Positions 26,415 through 40,731 of a DNA stretch of 64,000 nucleotides are shown piece after piece; the first letter of the stretch is position 1; every line of letters starts with the position of its first letter. A program made the position numbers and the translations under genes. Origin of the DNA: Eledone cirrhosa (Eukaryota); assembly GCA_964016885.1 (NCBI GenBank), contig OZ024753.1, forward strand, positions 17,670,001-17,734,000. Reading direction: 5' to 3'. The notes beneath the pieces are model-generated. The model saw nothing but the letters and a program-made list of their open reading frames with translations. It searched no databases and was not told the DNA's origin.

Positions 26415-27405
26415 ATTTAAGTGTGTGTGTGTGTAATTGGCAGTAGCAATAAGAACGCATTTACCATAAAATAGTTATATATGAAAGCATATACAATATG
26501 TTTATATACAACAAGGACGGTGCCCCAGCATGGCCTCAGCCGAATGGCTGAATGAGGTAAAAGAGTAAAAATAAATATATGAGAGCCACGCTATCAATTT
26601 CACCTTTAACAGTTTTGTTTAAATGAGTTATGTTTAAGCTAAGAAACATTCAAAATATATGTGAGTGTGTGTGTATGTATGTGGGTGTGCATGGATGTCC
26701 GTGTGCATATATATATATATATATGTATATATATATGTGTGTGTGTGTGTGTGTTTACGTATCTATCGATATGGGGAAGGAAAATAGTTGATGAATGAGG
26801 AGGGCCAATTAATTATATGTTCTCGTCGCGATTCTTGGGAAATGGCTACACTAAATTATAGACAAAAAAACAGAAAACAACGCCATCTATATTACAGGTG
26901 GCTTAATCACAACTAGATTTTGAGATGTGATAAATAGGATATGACACTTGTGAAGGTGAACATTCAAACTTACACCTTCGTCAACTAAATGAGATTGATT
27001 ATATATTTCAGATAGTCTCGTCGTTAATTGTGTAAACAGTTGAAGATAATTGAGTTGGGAATTTGATGAGTTGTAGATATGTCCTCGATGTTCCTAGATT
27101 TAAAGTCTGGTTCTCATTCTAATATGTTCACATGCCTGACTAGCAGTCAGAATTAAAGGTTAAAAGGGACGCTATTGATAAATCTCAATCTTCTACTCCA
27201 AGTCTAGGCTACTTACATACCTACCTATTTACACACAGGCACACGAACGCACACACGCACGCACGCACGCACGCCTGTGTGTGTAGATATTAGGTTTTAA
27301 ATAAATTTAATTCTTTATATAAGTTTCTAGCGCATTATGAGTTATTTCTATACTGTTTGGCAGTTAGAAACAGCCATCTATAATTCCTCACATAAAACTG
27401 GGTTT

Positions 27406-27453
<48 letters not shown>

Positions 27454-27456
<3 letters not shown>

Positions 27457-27645
27457 TTAATATAGATGAGATTCTACAGGACTAGAACTGTTTCATTCTT
27501 TAGAAATCATCAGGATTCCTGATGATTTCTAAAGAATGAAACAGTTCTAGTCCTGTAGAATCTCATCTATATTAACACTTTTATACTCTGCAATGTATTG
27601 AGTACCTTACTTACTGTGGTTACCTCCGATTCAACCCGGAATAAC
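27454..27645 (+). mobile_element. PLE 3'-end fragment: palindrome 27457-27575 containing a complete HHR at 27514-27562, plus tail
   Basis: gattc CTGATGA t ttc taaa gaa t GAAA cag ttctagtc ctg TA gaatc; axis at 27516. Confidence 0.8.
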
Positions 27646-27683
<38 letters not shown>

Positions 27684-28194
27684 CCAGGGGGTATAACTAT
27701 ATCCACCAATACATCCACCATACCACCACATACGCCGCTACCGTAGACGACGGCACAACTACCATACCCCACACACACGCCAACCCGTCTACTGACAATC
27801 CACTAACCACATAACACAGCCCATCCCACAAAGCAACCATAATCACCACCATATCATCACATCCACCCCCACATACTCTACACGCCAAGGCCAACCCACC
27901 ACCACCACACGACAGCCCATCTCATCCACCGACCGTCACCAACATCTTACCATCACACCCACCCCCATATACACTACAGGCCAGTACATCGCCTAGATCC
28001 TTCCCACCAATCAAAACAACTCATTTTGTCAAACTCTTGAAACTCTGACTTTACCACATAGCATGTATTTCATTTTCTTATAGCACTTTAAGAGGGTCCG
28101 TCGAGCTGCCGATTATTGAGTCGGGTCGGATCGGTGGCGAAACGCGCGTCACTTAACAATAAATGCAATGAAGGAATAATCAATCGTCCTTTTT

Positions 28195-28747
<553 letters not shown>

Positions 28748-28901
28748 ATATATATAGAGAGATATATTGATATATATAATAAAAATTTCGTACACTCAAC
28801 ATATATGCGCGACTAGGTTTTGGTGTCCAGTTTTGGCCACCAATTTATAGTCGAGCTGCCGATCTAATACTGGGCCCTCATCGGGTGCAAAGAGAAATTT
28901 A

Positions 28902-28940
<39 letters not shown>

Positions 28941-28945
<5 letters not shown>

Positions 28946-29201
28946 CGAAACATAAGTCAATTGCATGAACTCATAATCCTTTATTTACTGCTATATGTAT
29001 TTCGATGATAGCCATTGGATGGCCATGACCTCATCAGGCAGTTAGTCAGTTCTTAGATATGCCAGCTCTGTGTTTATGGGGTTGCTGGTATCAGAGCCTT
29101 GGGACATATGAGCTTGTTAGGAATAATTTAATGTTGTCAGCTGGAATAGTCTTGATTCTCATTGGTCAGTTTGTAGATGCTAGTAGGGTTGGTATTTGAC
29201 C
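28941..29201 (-). mobile_element. 3' end of the second Naiad family, with HHR at 28987-29042
   Basis: Reverse complement of ~20555-20813; minus strand actgc CTGATGA..GAAA tacata TA gcagt. Confidence 0.85.
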
Positions 29202-29696
29202 CAAAATATATATATATATATATATTATTTCTGCAAGAACCGCCTGCCTAGGAACTTTCATAAACCAGCCACCCGACTATGGAAACTTCTTGTTGAGTCA
29301 AACAACGCTGTACGTTAAAACTATCCTCGACACAGAGTACTCACTACTGGATTACCTTAGACGATACCTTGTTATCATATATCTATATATGAGTGTGCGT
29401 GTGTGAGTTGTTTTCCGACACTTCAGTATGTAGGATATATATATATATATAGCAGTTAAAACCCCAGTAATTCTACGCCCGTAGGTGATCGGAAGGATGA
29501 AGGAGTAGAGTACCCAGGAGCTGAGCAAATAATTAAAGTCGAACTAGGTAAAGCGTTCACGATATATGAGACATACGCAGGGATACTTTTACACACAGTC
29601 TTATTAGTTCCACTGTCATTCTTGTTTATCTCGAATTATATGCACGTATATATTCTATACACATACACATATATACACATATACACACACACATAT

Positions 29697-30055
29697 GCAC
29701 AACCCCCGAACAGGACATCACTGTGTGGTGCCAAAGGTCCTGTCTTCCACATCTAGAATAAGGAGCAGATATTGCAATAGCTTGGGGTTCAAAGGCCCTC
29801 AACTCTTCACCAAGTTGCCAAGGGATTTGAGAGATCTGCACGGTGTGGAGATGGATGTCTTCAAGAAATATCTCGACACCCTGCTATCCAGGATCCCGGA
29901 TAAGCAAGGCACGAGGGAAACCTAAGGGCAGCAGCAACGAACTCCCTCTTGCACCAGTGGCCAACCAATACAGGCTGGAGATAAAATGTGTATCAACAAG
30001 GGCGGTGCCCCAGCATGGTCTCAGTTGGATGGTTGGAACAGGTAAAAGAGTAAAC
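29697..30055 (+). mobile_element. CR1/L2-type LINE 3' end
   Basis: YCNSLGFKGPQLFTKLPRDLRDL..VFKKYLDTLLSRIPD; the 3' UTR ggcggtgccccagcatgg..gtaaaagagtaaa also occurs at ~26515-26570. Confidence 0.7.
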
Positions 30056-30111
30056 GAGTATATATGCATACACTCATACGCTCTCACACGCACATACACA
30101 AACCAACATGG

Positions 30112-30179
<68 letters not shown>

Positions 30180-30883
30180 TTATATGTGTAACTTATCAGA
30201 ATCAATGCACAAATGAGGAATAAGGATACACCTATTTACAGGTTATAGACGTGCAAATAAAGACGTTAATTTTCAGAAAGTTATCAACTGTATTTCCGCC
30301 CTCCAGGCCACTACGTCTCTTTTCAGAGACTGAATGTAATAAATTACTTTTCCGTGGAACATTGAGCTATAACGTCCCTAACTTCGGCGCTAAGCCGCAA
30401 AATCGGTGGAGTTAGTCGACGGAATATTTGAAAGGTCTATTTGAAACTTTAATTTAGCAACCCTGGAAAGATAAAAGGAATAGTTGACTCCGGCTGTATT
30501 TGAACTCAGTAAAGAACGGGAAATAATACATAAACAACTTTCGTGAAACATAAAACTAAAGGGTAACATTTCTAGATCTAATTCATCTATGTTGTTACTC
30601 CATATCGATATTTGGTGTTACTAGGGTATTTTCTTTTAAAACTCGCGGAGACCTATCTCCTGTCCAGGTTTGAATATAGCAGACTTCTTCCAGAGAAGGA
30701 TAGAGAGTGTTAGAGAATGGAAGTGACAAAGATTTATAGAGGAAAATCGACCACATTACTAAACTGGTACTTTTTTTTATCGAGCTTAAATGGATGAAAG
30801 GGAAAATTTACCTGGGCGGGATTTGAACTCAGAGAGCAAAAAGTGGGGACTTCAATAATTCACATATATAAACTTTTACTTCA

Positions 30884-31038
30884 CCGTATTTCCTGGCGTC
30901 GGAGACGCTACTTTTTTCCTAAAATAAATCTAAAAAAAATCTACCATGCCTCCTGGAGGCCGAAGGTTGTGTACCATTTTTTTCTTCAAATTTTTGGTTG
31001 TCAGAATTAGGGTGCGTCTTCGGCGCCGGGAATTACGG
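30884..31038. mobile_element. pogo/Tigger-like MITE
   Basis: TIRs ccgtatttcctggcgtcggagacgc / gcgtcttcggcgccgggaattacgg; TA on the right flank. Confidence 0.7.
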
Positions 31039-31700
31039 TAATTCCTTTTTGCTTTGTTGCCAATCAATCATAATTCGGTATTAGTCTAGAGCTGATTGGT
31101 ATTAGGATTTCTGAAGCATTGCAGAACAGTTTTCCTCTTTGTTACACGTAGTTTACTTAAGAATTACACCTATAATAGCATATACACAGCCATACTTCTG
31201 TGTCAATGTCTGTATGTAAGATTATCTGTTTGGTAATAAATATATTAGAAATACTCTTTAGCTTATGCATGCATTTGGATACCTTCCATTTATATATTGT
31301 TTCTGAGAAGCATATATATATATATCCCCCCCTCTCTCTCTGTCTCCCCACTCTCACTCACTCACTCACTCTCACACACACTCTGCGTGTATGTCTGCTC
31401 ACTCATGCATGTAAGTATATAGACGCTTCAGCCGTATCAATATATTCCCATCTTCAATAGATGAAATTGAATAAAGATAACTGACTGGACGAGTGCTTAC
31501 TTCGGTTGATGACTCCACGGTTTCGTCCGGAGTAAATAATAAAAATAACAGCAACAACAACAGCAACAACAACACTAGTAATAAATCAATAAGAACAAAA
31601 GGTGAATTAACAATGGTAATGTTGTCGATGATGATGACTACCAAGATATGTTTTCGTTGATTTACCTAGATTTACTTTATGTATGTTGTGTCGAGTAGAA

Positions 31701-31734
<34 letters not shown>

Positions 31735-31785
31735 GTATTTCGAATCAAGAGGGAAATCATAGATACATTGTAATATAGACTGTAT

Positions 31786-31786
<1 letters not shown>

Positions 31787-31838
<52 letters not shown>

Positions 31839-32870
31839 GCTGTTGCTACTACTACTGCAGTTGATGCTACTACTGCTACTACTACTACTACTACTGCTGT
31901 TGCTACTACTACTGCAGTTGATGCTACTACTGCAACTACTACTACTACTACTACTACTGTTGCTACTACTACTGCAGTTGCTACTACTACTGCAGTTGAT
32001 GCTACTACTGCAGTTGATGCTACTACTGCAACTACTACTACTACACCTACTACTACTATATTACTACTGTTGCTACTACTACTGCAGTTGATGCTACTAC
32101 TGCAGTTGATGCTACTACTGCAACTACTACTACTACACCTACTACTATATTACTACTGTTGCTACTACTACTGCAGTTGATGCTACTACTGCAACTACTA
32201 CTACTACTACTGCAGTTGATGCTACTACTGCAACTACTACTACTACACCTACTACTACTATATTACTACTGTTGCTACTACTACTGCAGTTGATGCTACT
32301 ACTGCAACTACTACTACTACTACTGTTGCTACTACTACTAGTGTTGCTACTACTACTGCAACTACTACTACTACTACTGTTGCTACTAATACTACTGTTG
32401 CTACTACTACTGCAGTTGACGCTACTACTGCAACTACTACTACTACTGCAACTACTACTACTACTACTACTACTGTTGCTACTACTGCAGTTGATGCTAC
32501 TACTGCAACTACTACTATTACTGCAACTACTACTATTACTACTACTGCAACTACTACTATTAGTACTACTATTACTACTACTACTACTACTACTGTTGCT
32601 ACTACTACTGCAGTTGATGCTACTACTGCAACTACTACTACTACTACTACTGTTGCTACTACTACTGCTGCTATTACTACTGCTACTACTACTACTACTA
32701 TTATTATTACTACCACTACTACTACCACTACTACCACTACTACTAATACTACTGTTGCTGTTACTACTGCAACTACTACAACTGCAACTACTACTATTAC
32801 TACTACTACTACTACACTACTACTACTACTGATGCTGCTGCTGCTACTGCTGCTACTACTACTACTATTA
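31787..32870. repeat. (CTA)n-derived minisatellite with CTGCAGTTGATG / CTGTTG interruptions
   Basis: Directly visible. Confidence 0.95.
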
Positions 32871-32934
32871 CCACATGGTAACAGAAATATTGGGTAAATA
32901 GAAGTTGGCCTTGTGCCTAACGGAGAAACAGAAG

Positions 32935-33630
32935 TTATAATGACCCAGTGCTATAATGTAATTTATTTTATCGACCCCAGATCAATAAAAGGCAAAGTTG
33001 ACCTCGGCGTGATTTGAACTCAGAATGGCAAGAACCGGAAGAAATGCTGCTAAGAATGTATTGACATTGTCACTCTAGCTCCTTTCCTACTACAAATAAT
33101 TGTTTCGTTTCTACTTTAGGCACAAGGCCAGCAATTATCCCAGTGTATTACTGGTACTTTCTTTTATCGACCCCGTAAGGATGAAAGGCAAAGTTAACCT
33201 CGGCGAGATTTGAACTCAGAATAGATCTGTTTCAGGCAGAACGTCGAATAATGTTGAAGGGAAGGGGGAACATCGATTAAATCGACCTCAGTGCATGACT
33301 GGTACTTTATTTTATCGACTCTGTAAGGATGAAAGGCAAAGGTAACCTCGGCGTGATTTTGAACTCGTAACGTAAATGGCCTTAACTCTATGCAGCAAAG
33401 CATGTCGCCCGACACCCAACCTATACTTCAAATCCATGATAATAATTGTATCTACTTTTGACACAAGGCCAGCAATTACCCAGTACATTACTGGTACTTT
33501 ATTTTATCGACCCCGTAAGGATAAAAGGGAAAGTTAACCTCGGCGTGATTTGAACTCAGATCATAAAGGGCCGTAACTCTATACTGCAAAAGCAGGGTGT
33601 CTGACGCTCTTCCGATTCTGCCAATCCATG
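32935..33630 (-). mobile_element. Cluster of four tRNA-derived SINE copies/fragments
   Basis: Repeated reverse complement of the SINE core (ttttatcgaccccgtaaggatgaaaggcaaagttaacctcggcg.gatttgaactc). Confidence 0.85.
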
Positions 33631-33774
33631 ATAATAATTGTAGCAGTAGGGTAGGTAGTTCCATATGATAAATTATATTGGACAAAATGATTACCAGAGA
33701 GAAAGCTATTTACTACAGTCGGGCTATATATAATTTATAGGCTGGCCTTGTGCCACAATTAGAAACAATTATTA

Positions 33775-33960
33775 TGGTGGATTGGCAGTATCGGTAGAGG
33801 GTCGGACGCCATGCTTTCCAGCATAGTTACGTCCCTTTACAGACTGAGTTCAAATCCCACCGAGATTAACTTTGCCTTTCATCCTTTGGGGGTCGATAAA
33901 ATAAAGTACCAGTAATGTACTGGATAATTGCGGGCCTTGTGCCAACAATAGAAATAATTA
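33775..33960 (+). mobile_element. tRNA-derived SINE, full copy
   Basis: A box TGGCAGTATCGG, B box GAGTTCAAATCC, core and tail. Confidence 0.85.
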
Positions 33961-34029
33961 TTACATGTTGTCACTATTTGGAAGTGGTACATCATTAACA
34001 GACTGTCATAGTAGCAGCTGAGATTCTAT

Positions 34030-37000
34030 CCTTCCGTCCAACGTCCGACGACGCTGTCGGACGGCATCGTTTTGCCTCCTCACGTTCAGAGTTGCAAACC
34101 GACAGACTTGTCCGGGTTCAGTTTTTCTCCTGTGAACCTGTCGTATTCCTGTAGTAGGTTGCCGAACTACCTCGATTTCCGACGTTTTCGACACCATTAC
34201 CGTCACGTCGTCGGTATAAGCCGTGTCGCTTTTTGCAGTCCCGGTTCTAAAGGGATTCCCTTCAAAAGCTCCAACTTCCGCAGTAGTGGTTCTAGAGTCA
34301 ATACGTACAGAATGGAGGAAAGAGGGCATCCCTGTCGAATGGAACGCGTGATTGCGAACGGCTCCGATAGGTAGCCATTCACCATGACCTTCGACCAAAT
34401 GCTGGTGTGCATCGCCTTGATCCAGCCTCTGAAAACGGGACCGAAATCGGGCGCCTTGAGAACCGATTCCAAGTATCGATTGTCGACTCTATCGAATGCC
34501 TTAGACTGTTTCTAAATTGATCAGAGTACCACCGAAGCCGGGTTTACACCCCACCCTCTCTATGATGTATCGCATGAGGTCGAGGTTGTCGTGTATGGAC
34601 CTGGTCGGGATTGCACACGTTTGCGCTTTCCCTATCAGGTTTTCTACAAGCGCCAGCCTCGTTGTTAGCATCTTGGCCAAAATGTTAATTCTGTATTGAG
34701 CAGCGTTATGAGCCTGAAATTGTTTATTTCGTCCGCCTTGTTCTCATCTTTCCTGACCAGCGTTACTACACCCTTGCCTGCAGAACTGCCTGCAGAAATT
34801 GTCCCGTTCTGCTGCCAATTGCAGTAGACGGCTTCGAGGACGCCAGAGAACAAGTCCGGCATGCCTATGTAAAACTCATAGGGTATACCATCTAGACCGG
34901 GTGAACTGCGGTTCCCGCAGCAGCCCAGAGCGTCCCGTATCTCAGTGGCTGTGATCGCTCTTTCGCAGAACTCAGCGTCCTTGCACGAGAGACGCGGCAG
35001 GCCGTCGAGGTATGAACCAGAGTCCATTGCCCCGTTAGGTGCACCGTCGTTCTGCTCAAACAGTCGCGCAAAGTGCCACTGAAAGGCCGCGCACATCTGC
35101 CTGGGGTCAAGTAGCAAGCGTCCGTTTTGGTCTTTCAAAGACCGAATCGTGGACTTGTTGCCACTTTTCGCTTCCGCCACTCGGGCCCAGCTAACAGCTT
35201 CTGCTCCCTCGTTTCCTAGAGCACGTGATTTACTTCTGACCACGCAGCCTTCGTGTTACTCGTCGAAGAACTGGTCCAGTGCCGTTATCTATGCTCGCAC
35301 TCTAGCTCCGTTGCCACTCCTAAGCGCCTCTTCTACCTTGGCTACTAGTTCTGTTTCTGATTTGTTTTTCTCTAAAGCTAATTTTCTGCTAAACCCTATC
35401 GATTCTACTCTAATTGCTCTCTTGAGAGAGTGCCACCATCTATTGTTGACGATGGCTCCCGTCAACTCTTGCTTAACTAATCTACTTATCCGTTCACTGT
35501 AGGCTTTTCGTGCCGGCAACGACACGTTCAGCTTCCAGTATCCGGGTCCTTGTCTATGTATTCTATCACGGTTGACTATGCAGACGACTAGTTTGTGATC
35601 TGAATAGGCAATCATGTGCATTTGTGGACAGCTTAACATGTTCTTGTCATTTTCTCTAATGAAAAACCTATATAGATACGATCTAGATGTCCCGCTACGG
35701 TTTGCCCACGTCCACTGTGGTGCAGTCGGGAAATCTAGTCGATATCTATCGGCCAGTTGGAATTGGCCGATTAGATTTTTGAGGCTGTTGCACCCCGCTC
35801 TACTCGGACATGCTCCCACATAGTCCCATCGTGCATCTAGGATACCATTCCAGTCCCCCACTAAAAGCAAGGAGTGAGACATTCCCAGAAAAGACTCTAG
35901 ACGCTTAAAGAAGTCTGGCCACGATTGTGATTGCCCGGTCGGGGCGTAAACGGGCACCAGTCTGAAGGCTCCACCTCCAATACTGTTCACGTCTAGGACT
36001 ACCAGTCTACCCTCCGGGTCCAAGTGTTCTTGCTGTACTTCGAGATCCAGGTTTTTCCGAAACATGACAGTCACTCCCTCTCCACCTCCCGGCTGACAGA
36101 GAGATGCGTAGATCTCAAAGTCATTGAAGATGGGGGTTAGTTGCTGCCTGTTGTGGACCCTGGACTCGGTGATGGCTATTACATCTATACCGTGTGACCT
36201 AAGGTCGTTTAAAAGTTGGCCCTGTTGCCAGGGCATCTCTAGGCCATGCACATTTATGCTTCCAACTCGTAAGTCAGCCATGTTGGTGGAGAAGAGTTGG
36301 CGAAAAGGACGAAAAAGTGCACTTACCTTTTCGTCTCCTGGAGATCGGGTTGTTTTCAATCTCCATTTCAGTTCTGGTGGGGGTGGTGAGTGAGGTGGGG
36401 AAACATTTCAACAGAACACGGTTTATTGGTTTTTGGCAATTTCTGATAGGTTTTGTATCGAAACCCTTATTAGTTTTAGGTGTGGTTGAAAGTCTGCTTT
36501 TACAAAGGTTTTCCCCTCAGTTTCTACTTTGGGGTCTTGGGAGAGATGACCTCCATTAGGTTTTTGTTGTTTGTGTTAATGTATGTGTATTGTTGTGTTT
36601 TTTTGTTGTGTTGTTTTGGTTTGTTGTTCATTTTGTAGTTTTCTTTTTATGGTGGGCATTTGTGTTTGGGGTGGTGTTGGTGTTTGTTTTGCTGGTGGGG
36701 GGGGGGGGCGTTTGTGTTGGTGGTTGTGTGTTCGTGTTGGTGATTGTTGTTTTTGTGGCTTTCTGGTGTCTCTTTTTTGTTTTTATGATTTACGTGGCTC
36801 TCTTTCATCTTCCCTTGGGGATAGAGAAGTAGTCTTGTCTGGTGATGAATCGTCATCAGGGGTGTGTGGGAGGGGTATGTTGTGTGGTGATGGTGTGCTT
36901 GTGTGTGTGGTTCTCGTAGTTGTGGATGGAGTGGGATGGGGTGGGACTGTGTTTTTCTGGGGAATTGTGTGTGTTTGATCTGTTGTTTGTGGTTGAACAG

Positions 37001-37980
37001 TTGTTTGTTTTTGTGTGTTTGCTTGTTTTGTGTTTTGTTGTTGTTGTTGTGGCTTTGGAGTTGGTTTTGGTAAAAGTACTTTTTGGGGGGTGGGGTGGGG
37101 TGATGTTTGTTCGTAAGAGGGAACTGGAGGCCTTTAAATGCGATGTGCTTGCGCATTTAAAACAATGTAGCATCCCATTTTCTGCCGAAATCTGTATATA
37201 GTTTGTATTGTCTACTGGCACACTTTCTGGTATCTTGGAAATTCTGTTCAGTTTCATTTGGACCAAGATTTCCAAGCTTCTGCCGTTGCAGGTGTTTCTT
37301 GTGGATTTTTTAATCGACAGTATTGTGTCTTCATCCTCCTCCAAGAACCCTGCCAGAATCCATCAGATGTTAATGTTGGGTGGTATATTGGTGATGTTTA
37401 TTCTTTGTGTTCTTTTCCCCATGTATTTAAGGAAAAAAGTGTGTGTGGCAGATGTGTCCGGGGTCACTGAGTATTTTTTCGCAAGGGCCTCACTTTTGAA
37501 GGGCACCGAAATGCTTCCATATAGTTTAGCCCTTTGTATGTATTGTATTTCCGGCATTGCCTCTTTCAATACGATTTCAATTTCGCCTTGAGTAAGGAAA
37601 GCCGGTTTTATTTGTTTGTTCAAAATCGTGCGAAAAATCAGTCCTTCGTATAGTGTCGGCTTTGACTTGTGGCGGAGAGGTTATTTTAAATCCCACTTTT
37701 TCCTTGAAGGTAATATATTTTTTTCCTTCATTGATCATTTCCTTCGCATTGGAAAAATCAATATTTGTAAACGTTCCTTTGCTTATTGTGGCAACAGATT
37801 TTTTATGGTTGTTGTTGTTGTTCTCAATAGCTTGAATTGTGGTTGTGGAGTTCATTTGTGAAGTTGTTTTTTTCTTGTTCAATATTATTTTGTGCCGTTT
37901 GTGTTTCCATACTTCTGTTTTCATGTGATTTTTCTCGCTCACTACCTGTTGCCATAGTGACATTCATTTCAAGGCTCCCA
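34030..37980 (-). mobile_element. Decayed L1/Tx1-clade LINE (ORF1 with CCHC-type knuckle; ORF2 APE endonuclease + RT, 3' part missing)
   Basis: ORF1 pieces 37963-~36400 incl. HCFKCASTSHLK. ORF2 from ATG 36281: GSINVHGL, ITES, VYAP, GDWN, SDHK, GPGYWKLN, SPGLDGIPYEFY, FRLITLLN, RSIRQGCPLS, AYTDDV. Stops and frameshifts present. Confidence 0.9.
35289..36281 (-). pseudogene. L1/Tx1 ORF2 apurinic-like endonuclease domain (open segment of a decayed ORF)
   Basis: Canonical EEP/APE motifs; the downstream RT is frameshifted. Confidence 0.85.
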
Positions 37981-38020
37981 GATACCTAGATACATAGATA
38001 CATGCCCCCCCCCAACCCCA

Positions 38021-38071
<51 letters not shown>

Positions 38072-38239
38072 TTATTTATTATGATAGGTTAGTGAGTCAT
38101 GTTAGCCTGCAATTTCAGTTGCGCACATACAGGTTCATCAAAGAGATGCCGACATGAATGGACCTGTTATTTTATCTAAAGACATTTTTTTCCAATTCCA
38201 TCCCGCACGTCCCCTCAATTTATCTTATTTCTGGTTCTT

Positions 38240-38275
38240 TCTTCTGATGAAGGACTAGCGTCCGAAACGTTAAGA
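38240..38275 (+). ncRNA. Minimal type I hammerhead ribozyme in a PLE-like 3' fragment (~38090-38362)
   Basis: tctt CTGATGA a gga ctagcg tcc GAAA cg TT aaga; palindromic AACGTT in place of stem III. Confidence 0.75.
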
Positions 38276-38362
38276 CCCTCTACCTGCTATATCAAGCGTT
38301 AACCTATTATATATCCCTTCTATATACTGTACCGGTTGAGTTGTTATTTCTGTTTACCTTTT

Positions 38363-38627
38363 ACACACACACACACACAGACACAGACACACACACACAC
38401 ATGTATATACATATACAGACACACACATATATATACACATATACACACATGTATATATATATACACACATGTATATATATATATATATATACACACACAT
38501 ATATATACACACACACACACACACACATGTATATATATATACATACACACATATATATATACATATACACACATGTATATATATATACATGTATATATAT
38601 ATATATACATATACATATACACACATG

Positions 38628-38659
<32 letters not shown>

Positions 38660-38885
38660 TATATATACACATATACACACATGTATATATATATACACAC
38701 ACATATATACACACACATGTATATATATATACATACACACATATATATATACATATACACACATGTATATATATATATACATGTATATATATATATATAC
38801 ATATACACACATGTATATATATATATATATACACACACACATATATATACACATATATACATATATACATATATGTGTGTGTGTA
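38363..38885. repeat. Compound (CA)n/(TA)n microsatellite with CACATG nodes
   Basis: Directly visible. Confidence 0.95.
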
Positions 38886-39230
38886 TATGAGAGGATGAGA
38901 GGTTATACTTTTAGTAAAATTCTTATCTATTTTTCCAATTTCTGAGAAGGTATAAAAACAATTTAAAATATCAAATGCAATGAAGTTCTGAACAAAAGAT
39001 GATAAAACAATAATGGAAGACTTAAATTCTTCTTATAATATTGTCTTGAATTTTAACTTGTCTTATATCAGATATATTATTTAATCATTACAGAATATAG
39101 ATGCATACACATACATACATACAAATATATATATATATATATATATATTCGTATATATATATATATATATATATATATAGCTAAAGAAATGACAACGCAA
39201 ATGCAAAAATAAATTCTTATTAGTATTACG

Positions 39231-39302
<72 letters not shown>

Positions 39303-39452
39303 ATATCGATATATATACTGTTTCTTCTTTTATATGATTAATCGATATACAATATTGATTTATCTGAAATGTCCAAGATTTTAGAAGATAGTAAAAGTTT
39401 CTTTTTGCTTCATTAGATGAGATGGTTGTCATACACACACACCCTACACAAC

Positions 39453-39508
<56 letters not shown>

Positions 39509-40440
39509 TGTGTGTGTGTGTGAATGTGTGTGTATATAGAATAATGATATATTATACGGATGTCTCCTTTACAGAACAAACGTGGAAGAATTTTGATGGA
39601 TTACACAAACAGTAAGTTCGTTGAAGCGTTTAAATTACTCACTAGATATTCACATTCCTTCGATGTCTGCATATGTGTATGTACAGACAGACATACAGAC
39701 AGAGATAGTTAGATATACAGACAGACACACACAGACATAATTACAGATATACACATATATGTAACTTTATAGCTATCTATTTCTCTCTCTCTCTTTATAT
39801 ATATATATTCCACCTGGTATCTTACGACACCCTCTTTGTTTTATGTGTATATATATATAAAAGAAAAATGGAGTGCTGCGTTGTTGCACATAGGTTACAT
39901 ATGAATAAAATTAGTCCTTCATCAGTGATCTTCCAAACTTCATTGGTATTTCATCGCTTTAAAAATCATATACCTCTGATTGGTACGAGCAATAACTAAA
40001 TACAGTTATTGGGACAAGTAAAATAGGGTGAAGTGAGCGAGACGTGTAAACAAACAAAGATGGTATTGCAACGGAAAGATAGGAAGAGACAAGTACATGA
40101 TATCTATAAGCTTAAGCTTGGTGAAATCATGGACGAGAGATACAGACCATCCTACCTGGGTGAGATGTGAGCGAGAAAAGGATTTCACACAGATCAAACG
40201 GGAGGAATCTGAGAGAGGGGAGAAGCAGAGAGTGAATGAGTGGAAGTGCGAGGAAGAGGCCAGTCAAGAGAGAGTGTGTCTGGCAGAGGGGGTAAAAAGA
40301 AGAAGAGAGATACAGAGAGAGGGGAATCAGTAGGAAAGAAACAGACAAGTCCCAGGTGAGGAAAAAATATAAATATAAGAAAAAGGGAGTGCTGCGTGGT
40401 TGCACATGGGTTACTTATGATGAAAATTAGTCCTTCATCA

Positions 40441-40522
40441 GGGTCATGTTGCCAATATAACAATATCGGTTTCAACACACGTTTTCAGATAAAGAATCTT
40501 GCTGAACACATTCAAAAACGAA

Positions 40523-40587
<65 letters not shown>

Positions 40588-40681
40588 TTTCGTTTCTGAA
40601 TGTGTTTAGCAAAATTCTTTATCTGAAAACGTGTGTTGAAACCGATATTGTTATATTGGCAACATGACCCTCTCAAAGTAT

Positions 40682-40690
<9 letters not shown>
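40441..40690. mobile_element. Two tail-to-tail 3' tips of the 58.5-62.5 kb PLE family around a (TA)n tract
   Basis: Both arms match 58496-58564 and carry an inverted piece matching ~62428-62461. Confidence 0.8.
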
Positions 40691-40725
<35 letters not shown>

Positions 40726-40731
<6 letters not shown>

